Positions 40,501 to 55,500 of a stretch of 64,000 nucleotides of DNA are shown here, piece after piece. How positions within the stretch are numbered: the stretch's first letter is position 1; each line of letters begins with the position of its first letter. The position numbers were made by a program, and so were the translations under genes. Source of the stretch: Phoronis australis (taxonomy: Eukaryota; Animalia; Phoronida); NCBI GenBank assembly GCA_002633005.1, contig NMRA01000133.1:490627-554626 (forward strand), read 5' to 3'. The notes beneath the pieces were generated by a model, which was not told the DNA's origin, ran no database searches, and worked only from the letters and a program-made list of their open reading frames with translations.

Positions 40501-43500
40501 GCTCTTCACATTTGTAAATGGGAAGTTGGAAAAATTTCATCAAACTTTGTCTGGCCTTTTTGAAGTAATGGCAAGAGCCCAAAAGGAATTAACAAAAATA
40601 AGCATTAAACCATTTAGTACAAAACCTCACTAATTAAGAACACTATTTGGGGGACAACAGAAATACTTTTTCATAAAAGATAAGCATAAAATGAATGCTT
40701 TTAACGCGTTTAAGTTCTTAGACCCCTAACTACTAACAATGTTTTAGAAATTGCTTACATTAAGTCTTTTGAAAATTAAATAATTTTGTCAATGATTTTT
40801 GTCTGAAATGGTTAGAGTATATATACGGTAACTCCACCTGCTCGAGCTAGGGTAACTTGCTCTAGAGTAACTTACGCCACTTTTAATGACTGTGTGGCCG
40901 CAAACTTGGAGCAAGGTGGAAGTAATTATCAGCTGCGATTACATACAGATGGCTCTTCTTGTGAGCACCCCTAAACATGCTCTTGGTTTTAATCATGTGA
41001 TTAAATGGGATGATGGTCGGGCATGTTGAGTGAAAGTAATCTAATAACTAGAGAGATAAGAAAGTCAATCCCGGTTAAGAAAAGTGAACAGGGACGATGG
41101 AGGTTATAAGCTGTCCAAAATTTGGAACAGCCTGACCACCACGCCACCTAGTGTCCAATAACTTCAGAAGATGGTTGCTGATAGGAGCCGAAACTGTCAA
41201 GGGTAAATATGTTCTAACTGGCTGTGAAAAAGTAAACTACACTCCTTCTCTTAAGTGTAGTGGCACCGCTGAATGTCGTCACCAAATGTCGTTGTGTGGC
41301 TTGCGAAATTCTATTCATCAATAATTACTGTAGGGTAACAGAACTTTTTTGATAGCAAAATATACCGTAATAACCGCCCAGGGCGCTTAGAAAAATTCGT
41401 TTCGGGGGGGTGGGGGGCGCTTATTATAACGCAAGGCGGTTGAAACCCGGTCTCCGAAACAGGTGAAATCGAAAGCTAAGATTCATCATATTTACACTCT
41501 GTGACGTATCTGCAACCTATGAAAGACTTTCTACAAAACCGTGATGCATTGCTATCAAACTTTGCTGCTAAATTACGATCATTTTACAGAAAATTGTGCC
41601 GAAATCCCGGGGCGAAAACTCGCTGAATGAATGCCTCGCAATCGTGGATATGGCGACTTGAATGCTTAAATAAAAATAAAGTTTCGACTCAAGCAAATTA
41701 CCTGAAATCCTCCTTAAATTTTCCAAGTAGCGCCCCTAAGATTTTTAGTTCCCGTTGAGTCGGTATTAACGGCAGGTTTAAGTACAAATTTGTGCTACAT
41801 CGTGCCATATACATGTATGATTGGCAACACGAGAAAAATGTCTGGACGAACACACATGTTGTTGTCACGTGACGTTTGTTTTGAAGTTCGTCTGCGTTTG
41901 TGAGTAAGCGAGCGCGTGCGTGTCACCAGAGTTCATTTGCCAGAGCACAGACCGTCATTTGGCCAGAGCCACACAATCTAACGAGCTAAAAGTGCATTGT
42001 ATCTAAAGAAATTTGCACAAGCAGTAACCCTAAACCAGAGCGTATTTCATTCAGCACTTGCCGGTCTCATGTGCTAAAAACGTTCGACATTTGCTTCGGT
42101 AAGGCCCATATTAGTCGCCATGTGGCTGGATGCGTACGTGACTATCTGACAGTTATTTGTTGGTGTAAGGGTGTGTCAAGCATTCACTGTCAGTGGTAAT
42201 TTTATCGGATATTTGGCTTAAAAACACCAATTATGGTTAATCAAACAATCCATCTTAAAAATAATGTAAACATTTTTTATAGAATTAGAAACTGTCGGAA
42301 ATTAGTGCCAATATTCATTTTTTGCCGATGCTATGCTACCCGTTTCATGAATGGATAGTTCCCGACTAATGTCTCTGATGACAGGTTCATGGATGTAGCG
42401 CGCGCTTCCTGGCCACGTACTTTTAACTCTGGCCAAGCTTTTTATTAGTCTTCGATTTGCAGTTTTCACTTGTACAAAGAAATTTGGATTCCTGTTGAAA
42501 GCGGGAAATATCTACAAAGCAATCCCGTAGACAAGTACACTACGTCTGTTCTGAAAGGCCAGACCATTGGTCCTCGCAAGATCAGCAAAACTAATTTGTG
42601 TTCGTTTTGAGGCATGGTGGAAGTTTGAAGTGTATAGTCACAGCTGAATACCGACATAGCGGCTAGGCTCGTAGTCTACAAATTCTGCACACAATGATTT
42701 TTTTCAAGACTGTCAGATATTATTGTTATTATTGATAAATTGAAGACATTACTGTAGAATTTTAGGACTGTAGGTAAGGCATTTTTAGCACTACACGTTC
42801 ACGGACTGGGCGCTTATTTTAGCAAAGACTGAAAACGTGTGGGGGGGGTGCTTATAGGGGGATGGCCGGTTATTACGGCGAATATGATACTATTCTAAAG
42901 GAGAATATTAATGGACAATTGGCAACATGCTGGATTGTGACATCGTTTCCATGTCCGTTGTCGTCAATGAAGATAAGAAGAGGATTGACAATGAGTGGTG
43001 CCAACTGGGTGCCTCCAACCAAAACTGGTAAGTGAGCAAAGAAACAACAAATCCCGAATCATTTTTGCTCGTCTTGGACAGATTCTCAACCTTGAAAAAG
43101 TGTGCAACTAAACCACTATTGCGACATCAAAGGCCAGAACTTACAATGCTTTTCTTTAGCCTCATCAAAAATTTGTTTTTTTTTACAATACCCAGCTTAA
43201 TGAATTTTCCATCCAATTTTCCAGCAATCTTATCATGACCTTCCACTGAGTTTTAGAAATTTCTTGCGCTTCTGTCCAAATTGGGTTTCATCCGTTTTCG
43301 ACATTCTAGCAACAGACGAACTTGAGGAATAATGAAATGCGTGTTACTTGTGACTGCACGGAACTGAAAATTGTTGTAAGTTACAGCTAGAAGTCGCCAC
43401 CATGTTGAAAAGGTGAATCCATGGAAGTCGTAGATGTTGTTAAATCTTGATCTTATGAACTGGATTATTGCCAACAGGAAGTAGTGCTTATTACGATGAC

Positions 43501-46500
43501 AACTAAATACATTCCGCCAATAAGAGAGGACACCAAGTAATTCCTATTGATTTTTTCAAACAATACAATGATAAAGTGCGCATGCTTTTACCACGCAACA
43601 GAACCATTAGTTTACAAAATCTATCCATTTTCTAGTTGACAGCTTTTGTTTTCGGATTCCAACCGAGTCCCTGGAAAGAGGCAGCGGTCGGAAGATAACC
43701 AAGAAAATAATGAAAACCATTTGTAGACGTGTATCATATTGAAGCAGCATTGAGAAATTTTAGTTTCATTGTGATATGGAACACCCATGACTTTCAGTTT
43801 CTTGAAAGTCAGACACAGCGAACTGTGTCAAGGGTTTTACAGAGAGTTTAGGTTTTTGCTGTCTCCACCAAAACATTAAGACGAGCACTTACATTCATTT
43901 GTATGCCATTTTCAAAAGCATTTAAAAACCCAGTGCAACATACAATATCGCGTGTACAGCGCCACCTAGTATGCACTGAAAAGAATCAGGAAAAGCAGAC
44001 GTTGAAAATTTCTGCAGGCATTTTTAATGCTTTTCAGATGGAAAAATGAATTTTCCTGTGTCTATTGTTATTCACCATCCTAACGAAATTATTTAAAAGT
44101 ATGAAAATCCAATATCAAGCCAAAATGCTTCACTGCAACAGGGTTCAAAATAACGCTAAGAGTCTGTGTGCATGAGGATTTGCTTCTAAATGCTTCCATA
44201 AGATGCATTATTCCGTGTTAAAAATAAGTGCCTCACCAGTAACTGGGAGTCTCAGCTAGATTAAAAACATTCACGAGTGTCAGCATGAAATCAATACACA
44301 AGTAATGTTCCGAGCTTGCAAATGCTCAATTTCATAACCTATATGACAGTTGGAGCCGGTTGTATGTGGCACAGAAGAGTTCTGCAAAGTTTAATTTTTA
44401 AGATAAATTTATATAAATGAATCCATTGATAAAATATGAAAACCGACAAGTCAAGTTCTTTTAAATAACAACATAATTTTATGTAGTTTTCTTGGCTTTA
44501 AAGTGGCTTATTTGTGAATTAACGCATTTTTTTGGTTTTCTTGTTCTGTCTATGAATACACAGACTTTGACAATAATTGACCTATCGCTACGATTATGAG
44601 CGACGGCTTAACTGACCAATCAGAACGCAGCACTCTTTACACACCTTCGTAACCAAGCCGTCATTTTACCCCTCAAACAACATGCTGCCAGGTAAAACTT
44701 ATTGTTTGTTTGTCGACTTTTCGCAAGGGGCAGACCCAGGCCTTTATGCAGCTCTGATGACTCACTTTACAGAACATTAAAGCTCCGTAAGGTGTTATGA
44801 TAAACTTTATAACATCAATTTGAGTCTAGTTCACCAACAACTTAGTACACTCTTCATTTAACCAATATCTCTAAGATTTGTCTGGTAAGCTACTGGACTG
44901 TTTTCGTAAATTTAAATACAAAAGTCTTGATCTACACATATTTTCGAGTAAAGAAGCTCACTTTAACCTTTTCAACTCCACAGACCGCTTGACCGGTCTC
45001 TGAAACTTACTTCCATTCAACACCATGGACCGCTTTATCGGTCTCACGACATGACGAACTTCAAGCAACACCATATTTGATTGGTTGATTAGGGGAATTT
45101 TTTGTGTACGTCACAAATTTAAATATAGACTTACCTTCATTCTTAACAGCTTTTCTGATTCGTTGCTGAGATGTAACGTGAGTTATTGAAGGGGTTTTTC
45201 CAAGAATTTAGATCGATGACTTGCAAAAACAAAATGTCGGCCGACAGCGATTCAGACGTAGACTTTTCAAATGACAAAATTGGCAATAATTAGTATGCTT
45301 TTTACTTAATTAACATATCAGATAATCCAAAAAGGAATTCTTATGTATCTGGCCAGAGTTTGTTGACTATTATGACAAAGAAGTTGAATTTCATGGCTTT
45401 GAACTGGAGGAAAAGTTAACAGGTGGCGAATTTCGCAATTGGGTCAAACATGAACGCTGTTGAACTCCGACAACTTCGCAGTTTCTGAACACGTGGAGTG
45501 TTGGATGGTTCTGATAAGTTAGAACTTTCAAAATTTCTATATCCATGAAATATTTGGTGAAATTGTCAGGGTAGTTAATTTAAACGTCCAAACGAAATGT
45601 GAGTCACAACCGGAAGTGGACAAATTTGAATCGATCGCCGAATTTAAATCACTTTATGGCCTTCAAATGTTAATAGAAGATGTGAAATATGATCAAAAAT
45701 GTATCTTAAAAAATAGTACTGAAGAATATTGACGACACTGTTACTCATAAACCATTTTTATTCTTTAAACGATACATTGAATTGGCAAATTGGCAAATAA
45801 ACACCGGCGTTTCAGGTGTTACTTACCTCATTACCTGAGAGTGAGACTTTTTAATTTGGCGAAATTGTTGATAAAATTCATTCTGTTCTCTACATTTTGG
45901 TGTGTCACACTTTGAAATTCAATGATAAATGGATTGTCTATGGAATTTTGAAAACAAGCACCTCAGTTCGGCCCAAGTATGCAAACTTACTTGGGGTTCA
46001 GGGACACAATGGCCGACAGTTACTTGGAGTTGAAAGAGTTAACTGAGGGCGTTTTGTAAACTTAGATGTAGAAGCCTTGGTCTGCGCATTTTTTTGTAAA
46101 CCTCATTGTGTGTGGGGAAGATTATTGGTGAATGTGGGTGGGGTTACGCGCCGTTGGAATCATGGACGCCATGGAATATTGGGAACTTCGAAATCCTGGA
46201 TAAAACACTGGGTGGAGCTTGCGATAGGTCAATTTGAAACACTGGCAGTTGGTTTAACTGTTGAATGGATGCTGCTGAAATCTACAATCGTTTGTTTTTA
46301 GCTCAATAACATTTACATGAACAATGTTGTAGCATTACATTAATAACATAAGAGAGAAGCAACAAACACAACTCGATACGATAGCTAGGTAAATATCACA
46401 GGGGAGATAACAAATCCATTGTCTAGCATTAAACACGATTAGGTTGATGTCCCTGTAGACTACATTGTCAGTGCCGTGGACTGCAGAGCATTGTTGCACC

Positions 46501-49500
46501 AGTAAACTCCAGCAACAAGATACCAGACACAGATGACAGACCAGACACAATCAACTAACTGAAATGGATTCACATCAGACATGTGACAGAAGTCAAGGTT
46601 ATGTATGTTTAAAGTTAAACCCACTTTACAGAATGAAACAATCTGAGTTGGATTTAGTGTGCCTCTGACAGGCGCTACAGTTAATGAATTGGTAAAGGGT
46701 TCAATTAAACATCCAAACTTTGATAACAAATCAATAGAGAAGTGTTTTCTTAAGCGAAGATCATTGTTGACCACTCAGCTCAGGTTTGAGTTCAGACACC
46801 ACTTTGAACAGGCCACAGATTCACCAAAAAGAACAGAAAACATTTCATACATTACGACAAAAATAATTAGAGATGAACAAAAATTGCTAGGCACAACAGC
46901 TGAGCACATGCCCAAATTGCTGGTCGTGATGGCTGAGCACAAGTTGTACTGTTCGTCATAGCACAAGTCATATTTTCCGACATGATGGCTGGGCACATCA
47001 CAATGCCATCAGAGCAAGTCGAATTGCCGTCGTTATAGCCATCAGCACAAACCGAATTGTGTAAAATGACGGCTGAACACAAGTCGTATTGCCCATCATT
47101 AGTGCTGGGCACAAGGTGAATTACCCACCAAAATAGCCATCAGCAGAAGCCGAATTGTCTGTCATGAGGGCTAAGCACAAGCCTAATTGACCTTACGCCA
47201 GAAAATGAATGACAGGTGTGATTGACCAATCAGAATGCTGCATTCCGGACATTCCTCCAGACTGCAGTTCAAATCGACATCTTGTCCGACAAGCATTAGC
47301 GGTTGTAGGACAAAACACTTTCAACTACAATGTGCATTTTAAATGGCCAAGAAGTGTTGTTGTGGTGTGTGTAATTCAGACAGTCGTTATACCGACAGAG
47401 ATGAAAGTCCTGTCAATTTTTGGTCTTTTCCAAAGCCTAAAAGTGTTGTAATGAGCAAACGATGGATTAATCAAACTGTGTGTACTCCCGCACGAGCAGC
47501 CTAACCAGTCAACATTGCTTGAAAACTCGAAAGCTAAACACAAGTATGTTCTAAGGTATGCAACCTTTTTGATATTTCGTCCCAATATTGGATTTTTGGC
47601 TCTGGATTACAGTCTTTGTCAAGTGTGTGGCCGCCGCCTCTGCGACCACTTTCTGGTTCATTATAACCATACATGACAACCATTTCCATAGCACTGACGA
47701 AAACAAGATAAAATTTAGTCAATCAAGAGTCAAAATGCATTGCATGCCCGTAGCCTACTAACCTATTGGAGGCTTCTACAAAATGCATTGCATGCCCGTA
47801 GCCTACTAACCTATTGGAGGCTTTTACAAAATGCATTGCATGCCCGTAGCCTACTAACCTATTAGAGGCTTTTACAAAATGCATTGCATGCCCGTAGCCT
47901 ACTAACCTATTAGAGGCTTTTACAAAATGCATTGCATGCCCATAGCCTACTAACCTATTAGAGGCTTCTACAAAATGCATTGCATGCCCATAGCCTACTA
48001 ACCTATTAGAGGCTTCTACAAAATGCATTGCATGCCTGTAGCCTACTAACCTATTAGAGGCTTCTACATACTGACACTCCTCAGTCTAGGCAATGTCGAC
48101 TGGCTCGTGAGTGTTATTATCTCGACAAAGATTGCCAGTAAAAGCCAAAGCGAAGGATTGAAAATTTTATTATGAACATCGGAGAAAATGCACATTAATT
48201 ACCAAAAATACGTAGCATTTTGGCGCTACGCCGTGGCACTACTGAGTAAATACACAGTGCCCATTTACACAGTGCCGGTATTAGTGGTTGACATGTAGGT
48301 AGTATATAGGCTAACTCAGATACAAAACAATAGGTTCATAGGCAACATTCTGAAGTCGCTAAGTGTGCTTTGTTTAGTCTGTCTTCGGAAGTCATAATCA
48401 CAGTCACCACTCAAGTACTGACCAGGTTAGGCTGCTGTTGTTTCATCAAAATCACTACCTTTGATAATGTTACTTTGAATGGTTACAGTGGGACTCCGAA
48501 TTTCGACTTGTTACGTGTGTCTGTCACGGCGCCGGCTCGACCATCGACAATCACTGGATACGAAATTCTCGGCTAAACTGTTACAGTTACAGCTCAGTAG
48601 GTTTCTTGATCCCTTAAATATTTTAGTAAAACGTTCGTTTTGCTTTCAGAGGGAAGAATTGTTATTCATTAAGGATTTTTACTATTATTTTTAACCTCGT
48701 TTGTGCAGTTTTTGTCAACGCTGATGTCAACTCGAGGCTTATAGGATTTGCGTTGATCTCTGAAACATCCGCGGGCGGTTTACATGTCAGGTGTCCTCGA
48801 TGTAAATCTTCACCCCGTTCCCGTTGGAACCTTTTCTGAAGGCTGTTGCCTTTTGTCTTTGTTATGACGAGATTCATAGGGAAGATAATGTTGGTCAACG
48901 TCTGCGTGAATATCAGTTAGCACACCGGTCTTGCATGACGAAGCCATTGTCTGATGTCGGACTTCTGCATCCCGTGACATCATAGGCGGAGCGATCTTCT
49001 GCTGGCGTAAGGTCAATTGCCTGTCACAACAGCTGAGCACAAGCCATATTGCCTGTTAGGGGGCTAAGCACAAGCCAAATTCCCCGTCACAATAGCTGAG
49101 CACAAGCCATACTGTCCGTCATGAAGACTTGAACAAAAAACCAAATGGCCACAACAATGGCTGAGAACAAGCCGAATTGCCTATCAAGATAGATAGCTGA
49201 ATGGAAGCAAACTGTCCATCAGAACCTAGAATTACCCATCACATGATGGGTAGTTACGCATCATGACTGGGAAATGTATTTAATCAGATTTCTTTTGGCG
49301 TGGACGTACGCTTGTTACTAAAATTGACAAAGGTTACTTTCAGTGACATTCTTTAGAGACCTAGAGGATGAAAAGAAATTGTTTGTCAGTCCAGTTGCAC
49401 TCACTTCTAACTCCAACAAAATGCTTGGTTTAACAGTAGGTAGCTGAACCCAGCTATCAAGACATGCTGGAGAAATCGTCCATCTTTGTATCACTTTATT

Positions 49501-52500
49501 GAGATCTAATTTATGTGGGAGAAAGTGTGCTAGACTGTAAGGAATTTTGGACTGACTAAGTATTATTAAAACTGTCACTTTTCACTTTACCAGCCATCTC
49601 ATTGCATAGATGAACATGACTGATTTCTCACCAAATGTTACCAGATAACAGCTGTCCTTAACAAACCACTCAAACACCTAAGCAAAACTTTACACGTATG
49701 TAATTTAATAAAACAAATTTGTTATTGTAAATTACATTTTTCTACCAACCAAAATCTCCTACATTGAAGAATCTTTCATCATTAATAGTTAACACCAATT
49801 TCGGATAAAAGCAATTGTCAAAACAGCACTTTCTTTATTATTCAAGGACTGATAACAATGTTTCCACTGCCCACAATTTTCTAAAAAAATATTTTGTGGT
49901 GATAGCAAATTGGTACCCAACTTGAACATGGTAAAACTTCTTATTTGGCAATACATGTATATTTTTACGAAAAATGTAATTTCCCTTGTTCACCATGCTT
50001 AAATTGGTGATTCTACCATATGTGACAGTTTAGGATGCCATACAAGAATGAATTAGATGTGACCCAATTATCCTGTTTGATGTTGACCCAAATTTCACTG
50101 AGCACCTAGCAATAGCCAATCCCGTTGCTCACAAAATTATAACTAAATGCCAAAAGTGCCACCACGCCATGCTCACATTAAAGCATCGCTGCTCTATAAA
50201 TCATTTACCTGCTATTATATAGTTAATATTTATGACCATTTCATCTGCCCACTTTTGTTACAAATGAGGCCCTAACAACAGTTAAAATGACGCGCCACAC
50301 TAATGGTGAACAACATAGCTGACAGAAACAATATATCTGCACTTTTAAGTTAAGTGCATTAATCATGTTTTCATAAAAATGATCATTTGTCCTTGGCCAG
50401 TGTCAAATGACCTTGTTATGTTTTACGCATAAATTCATTAATGTCATCCGTCAATGCAATCACATCAAAGCGTTAAAAAAAATTGACGAGCTTGCCTCTA
50501 AGTGTTTATGAACATTTAATTCTCACCCCATGCTATTAAAGGAATACCCAGTGCTATTTACGTAATATGACTATTACTTTGGGACATCCTGTTTCATACA
50601 ATGTGAGTGTTTTTATTTTATTGTTCCATGACAGCCATGAAATAAGCAAATTAGCACTTCCTGTTTTCTCTGGTTACACTGCAGTTAGGAGTCCATGGAG
50701 CTCTTTTCGTTGGTCAATTTTTGACACGCCACTTTCAGCAGTGCCCAATACAACTTTAACGGTGGTTGAGTTCAATCAATTTATATTACAACAAATGACT
50801 TGATTTCACTGGATAACATACAGCTACAAGCAGAAAGTTATTTTGTTCTGCTGACGGCCATGTTGCATGTTCACAAGAATCACGAAAGACCAGGAAGTAC
50901 GGATATCCGTCCGCTATTTAGAGATGAAAACAACAGCGCTGCAAATACATCAAAACTGTTAAATTAAGTTAATGAACGTACACAATACTGCGTTCACATG
51001 GCATCACCTCAAGGAGCAGATCCATTCACCCTCACACATGAAAGCTGCCACCAGCTGCTCAAACAGCAGGTGGACAGCTCTTCCATCCACTGGCACACCT
51101 CCCTTCTTACCAAGAGAAGACAACATTCCAAATATGGAACTTGCGGTTACAGTCCACGCCAGACTTCCCTGTCATGAGGGCTGGACAAAAGTTGAATTCA
51201 CTGTCACAAACGTCTTCCCTCATGACTGAGAATTTTGAGGGAATAAACAGGAAAGTTAGTATGGTGCCTAACCCACTCCGTAATTGACCTATCGCAAGCT
51301 CCACCCCTTGAGAAAAGTCAACAAACAACCAATAAATTCCACCTGGCAATGTGTTGTTTGTTGGATAAAATGGCGGGTGTTTTAAAAATGCTGTGTTCTG
51401 ATTGGTCAGTTAAGTCGTCACTCAAAATCCTGGAGATAGGTCAACTAGAATTATGCTGCCGGTCATTTTTGAAGTGATGACATCATAACGGTTAATTCTA
51501 TTAAAAACAACCAGATTGCTGAAAAGATTGGCACTTTGAATGCCTTGTTATATTGGCTCAGATGCAACTCTCTGGTACAGACAATCCAAGAGACAACTGA
51601 TTGAAAAGTTTCGCAGACATTCAGTCTTTACCATCACCACAGTTGCAGTCCCTTTCACAGACTGGGGATCCACTTTACCTGGAATTCAGGACTACCACCT
51701 CCACACATATTTAAACTAAAATTGCCACTAGGGCGCCAAATGGTAATCCGATCTGCCCAAAAATTGTAATCCTTCATTATCAGCTCCACAAGATCAAATT
51801 TGCAAACTTTCATGAAAATCCTGCAAGGGGTTTGGGAGAACCAGCTGTTGATGACAGACGCCTCCTTAAAGTTGACAGCAACATTACCCAGCCACACATG
51901 TATATACAGGTACATAAAAAGCCATGCTAAGTATTTGCATTTAGTTGGACTCTTAAAAATGAATGTAGCCATTATCATTGGAAAATGTTTTGCAGACACC
52001 TACTGTAGATAATGAAATTTTCAGGCCAAACAAAGTTCAACAGTAGATTTATCTCATACAGACTGTACTTGAAAAATGGCACACAACAATATTCACGGAA
52101 AATATGATGCAAGTTGACTGAGATTGGTATAAATAATTAATGTTATGGTATGATTCAAAGCACCAACATGAAAAAGACACTCATAAGTTGATCGCTGACA
52201 TTTAGATGTGGAAAAGCATGTGAAATCCCTGCTCATTTATTTTAAGTTGGTTGACCCATGATGCAGATACCAGTTAGATGTATACACGAAGGTCCATAAA
52301 ACTTGACTATAACATAAAAATAGCATGACAATTCAGGACGATTGTCAATGGCAATCAAAATTTGAGAGCTTTGGAGGGAGGGGATTAACATTTGAGCATG
52401 GTGGAACACAACACACGCACAAAAATGTCGATCAGGGAGTCCTAGGGTCAAAATTGTGATGTAGTACACGCCTCATACGAGGTCACTATTTTGAAAACCT

Positions 52501-55500
52501 AAGTGACTATTTACATTGCAAGATGGCAAAATAGCAAAAAGCTGCTTATTTAAAAATTTGTCAGGAGAGCAGCAAACATACAGTTTACTTGGTCCACTTG
52601 TAGGGCCTATTTGGCCAACTTGTTGCTTAAATGTCCCCTGCCTCAACAATGGACATCATGTAATTCACAACTTTCTCAGAGGAATCAAACTGCCAGAAAC
52701 ACATGATTTTTGCATCAGCTATTCCAAAAGGAGTAACTAGCGAACATCTCATGTCCTGTGAAGACAAGTTGAGGGCTATTGCCTTGAATCATTGCATTTG
52801 ACAAAAACTGGGTTAACAACGCAACCAGATATTTCTTATTACAGGCTAATTTGTTGTACATACCCCCAATTTGAGGCATTCACATCAGGCTTAGTGATGT
52901 GAATTTAAAGATTTTGCACAACAAAAGCTTTTACTTTACAGCATCATATAGCTAGTGGGAAGCCACCCATTGAAGCTGTAATTCATTAATTGATTCACAT
53001 GGTAAGAGCAAATTTACTTGAAGTAAAATGACAAAACAAGCTCTTCAAGCCAATGAAGAAACATATAAAGGCCATGCAAACATGCCACTGTCAATGCCAA
53101 CCATTAAGTTTCATTGTGAAGGAACTGCAGAAGAGATGTATCTATTTGCCAAACTTTCAAAAACCTTCCCGTCTTAAGTGCGATTTACAGCAAAAATTGC
53201 CGACTGTGAAATGACTAAGTAAATGTTGACTCAATGTATAACTACAAAAATACAGCAATCACTGCGATACGACTAAAATAGTCTGTGTAAACTCCACAAA
53301 CCATTTTCAATAATGAACGAGTTTGGATTTTGCAGAGGCAAGTTCTTCACAGCTGTGATGCGTTTGAAAAACAATTTACCATGGGTTTAGCTCATAGGAG
53401 ATTAGTTATTTCTTCAGTACCATCAGTTTGGACACTTCATTTGGCACTAGTACAATGGATTCTTTGGTTTTACATGCAACCCCTACATTATGGACAATGG
53501 ACTGTCAAACATGTACACAACTTTTGTACTTCCGATTGAGTTTGAATCTTCTGTAGAGAAGACGAAAATTAGCACCTAAAACTATGCATCAAAGTAGGTA
53601 AACGCAAGTTTTTCTGACGATACCTTTTAATTTCCAGAGTTTGCTATAGGTATTTGCACTGAAGGAAACAAAAACGCGTCAACTTTATACAAGTTGGACA
53701 GTAGGTATGATGGCCCGGAGTCAGTTCAGGGATAAAAGAGCTACCTCACTCTGAACACCTTAAAGGTAGTGAATTGTAATGCATGTGTTAAAGGTAGCGA
53801 ATTGTAATGTATGTGCTAAAGGTAGGGTATTGTAATGCATGTGTTGAAGGTAGTGTATTGTAATGCATGTGTTGAAGGTATTGAATTGTAATGCATGTGC
53901 TAAAGGTAGTGCAATGTAATGCATGTGCTAAAGGTAGTGCAATGTAATGCATGTGTTAAAGGTAGCGTCTTGTTTGTATGTGTTAAAGGTACGTAGAGTA
54001 TTGCAATGCATGTGTTGAAGGTAGTGTATTGTAATGTAAAAACACTGCAAAAGGGAGACATTTAAGTCAAAGGTTGTTTATGCCAGGATTACCAAAACAC
54101 GACTGCGATGATGTTACTGAAGACCATGTGTGACCTGCCTCACACACCTTGTATCACTAACAGTCAGCAGACACCAATGAGTCTCCATGGCGACTCCAAG
54201 GTCAAACTGTGAAAAAACTAGTTGACCAGTGGTACATTTAAGTAGTGGCTCTTGTGGATTGATGGCAACCAAGCCAAAAGTTGATTATTTTTTTCATACA
54301 ACCAGTTGACATACACAAGTTCCATCTGGGGGCAAATACAGCTTCACTCATCTTCTTCACACAGTCAGTCATCTTGCTTAAAAGAATTAACAAATACTGC
54401 TGAAGAGACTACAAGGGACCCAGACAATGGGAGGTCTCATGAACACTAACGATAACCTTTCCTTGCATCTATTGAGAACACTGCATCAACATTTCACCAA
54501 GATCATACCTCTTGTTCATCCCACGACGAGAGTCTTAATGAAAGGTGGGGGGAGGTGCTAAATACACAGATTGCATGTCCAACATAACCTTATTGCCAAC
54601 AAAACCCTCATAATAGAATTAGCAAAATGTAAAATACCTCAAGGCATAATTTCATCAAAACTGGTGTGTGGGTCTGGTATCCGGCCAGTCAGAAGAAACT
54701 GATACCTTTAAATGAGTAACTTTTATCAGATAGTCGTAAAATATTCAAAATGCTTGTGAACCTAAAAGTTGTCAGTGTAACAACAATGAACTTTTGCGGT
54801 ATTTCAGGAAAGGTAAAAAACAGCTCAGCACCTGTGCATTTAAAATACCTCAGCACATATCATTCACACTTAACTGCGTGTCAAATCTCTGCTCTGAGCC
54901 AGTAAAAATGCAACGCACAATACATAATTATACTTCTTTAAATACCATGAACAATCACTAATGCAAAACAAGATTCCAAAAGTTACTATTGGGTGACTTG
55001 CTACAAAAAGTTACAGCTTTTCAGGGCTCGACGCTATTAAAATCGCCAGGTCGCATTTTGCGACCTAGTCAAAATCCCAGGTCGCATTTTCAAAATCCAG
55101 CTCGCATTTGTAAATGCCAGGTCGCAAAATTTTCCCGCCATTTTTACGCGCCAAAATAGATTTTTTAGATCATCTAGAAAATGTTTAGATTATGCTCTTA
55201 TCTGCAGCGTTAAATACTCNAACAATGAACTTTTGCGGTATTTCAGGAAAGGTAAAAAACAGCTCAGCACCTGTGCATTTAAAATACCTCAGCACATATC
55301 ATTCACACTTAACTGCGTGTCAAATCTCTGCTCTGAGCCAGTAAAAATGCAACGCACAATACATAATTATACTTCTTTAAATACCATGAACAATCACTAA
55401 TGCAAAACAAGATTCCAAAAGTTACTATTGGGTGACTTGCTACAAAAAGTTACAGCTTTTTAGAAGAACTGCATATCCTTAGGAAATCATAAATGACACT

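Larger units (their letters stand above)
46885..49230. repeat. Degenerate ~30-33-bp tandem repeat (GGCTGAGCACAAGCCGAATTGCC...) split by a transposon
   Basis: Units at 46885-47184 resume at 49019-49230. Confidence 0.7.
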
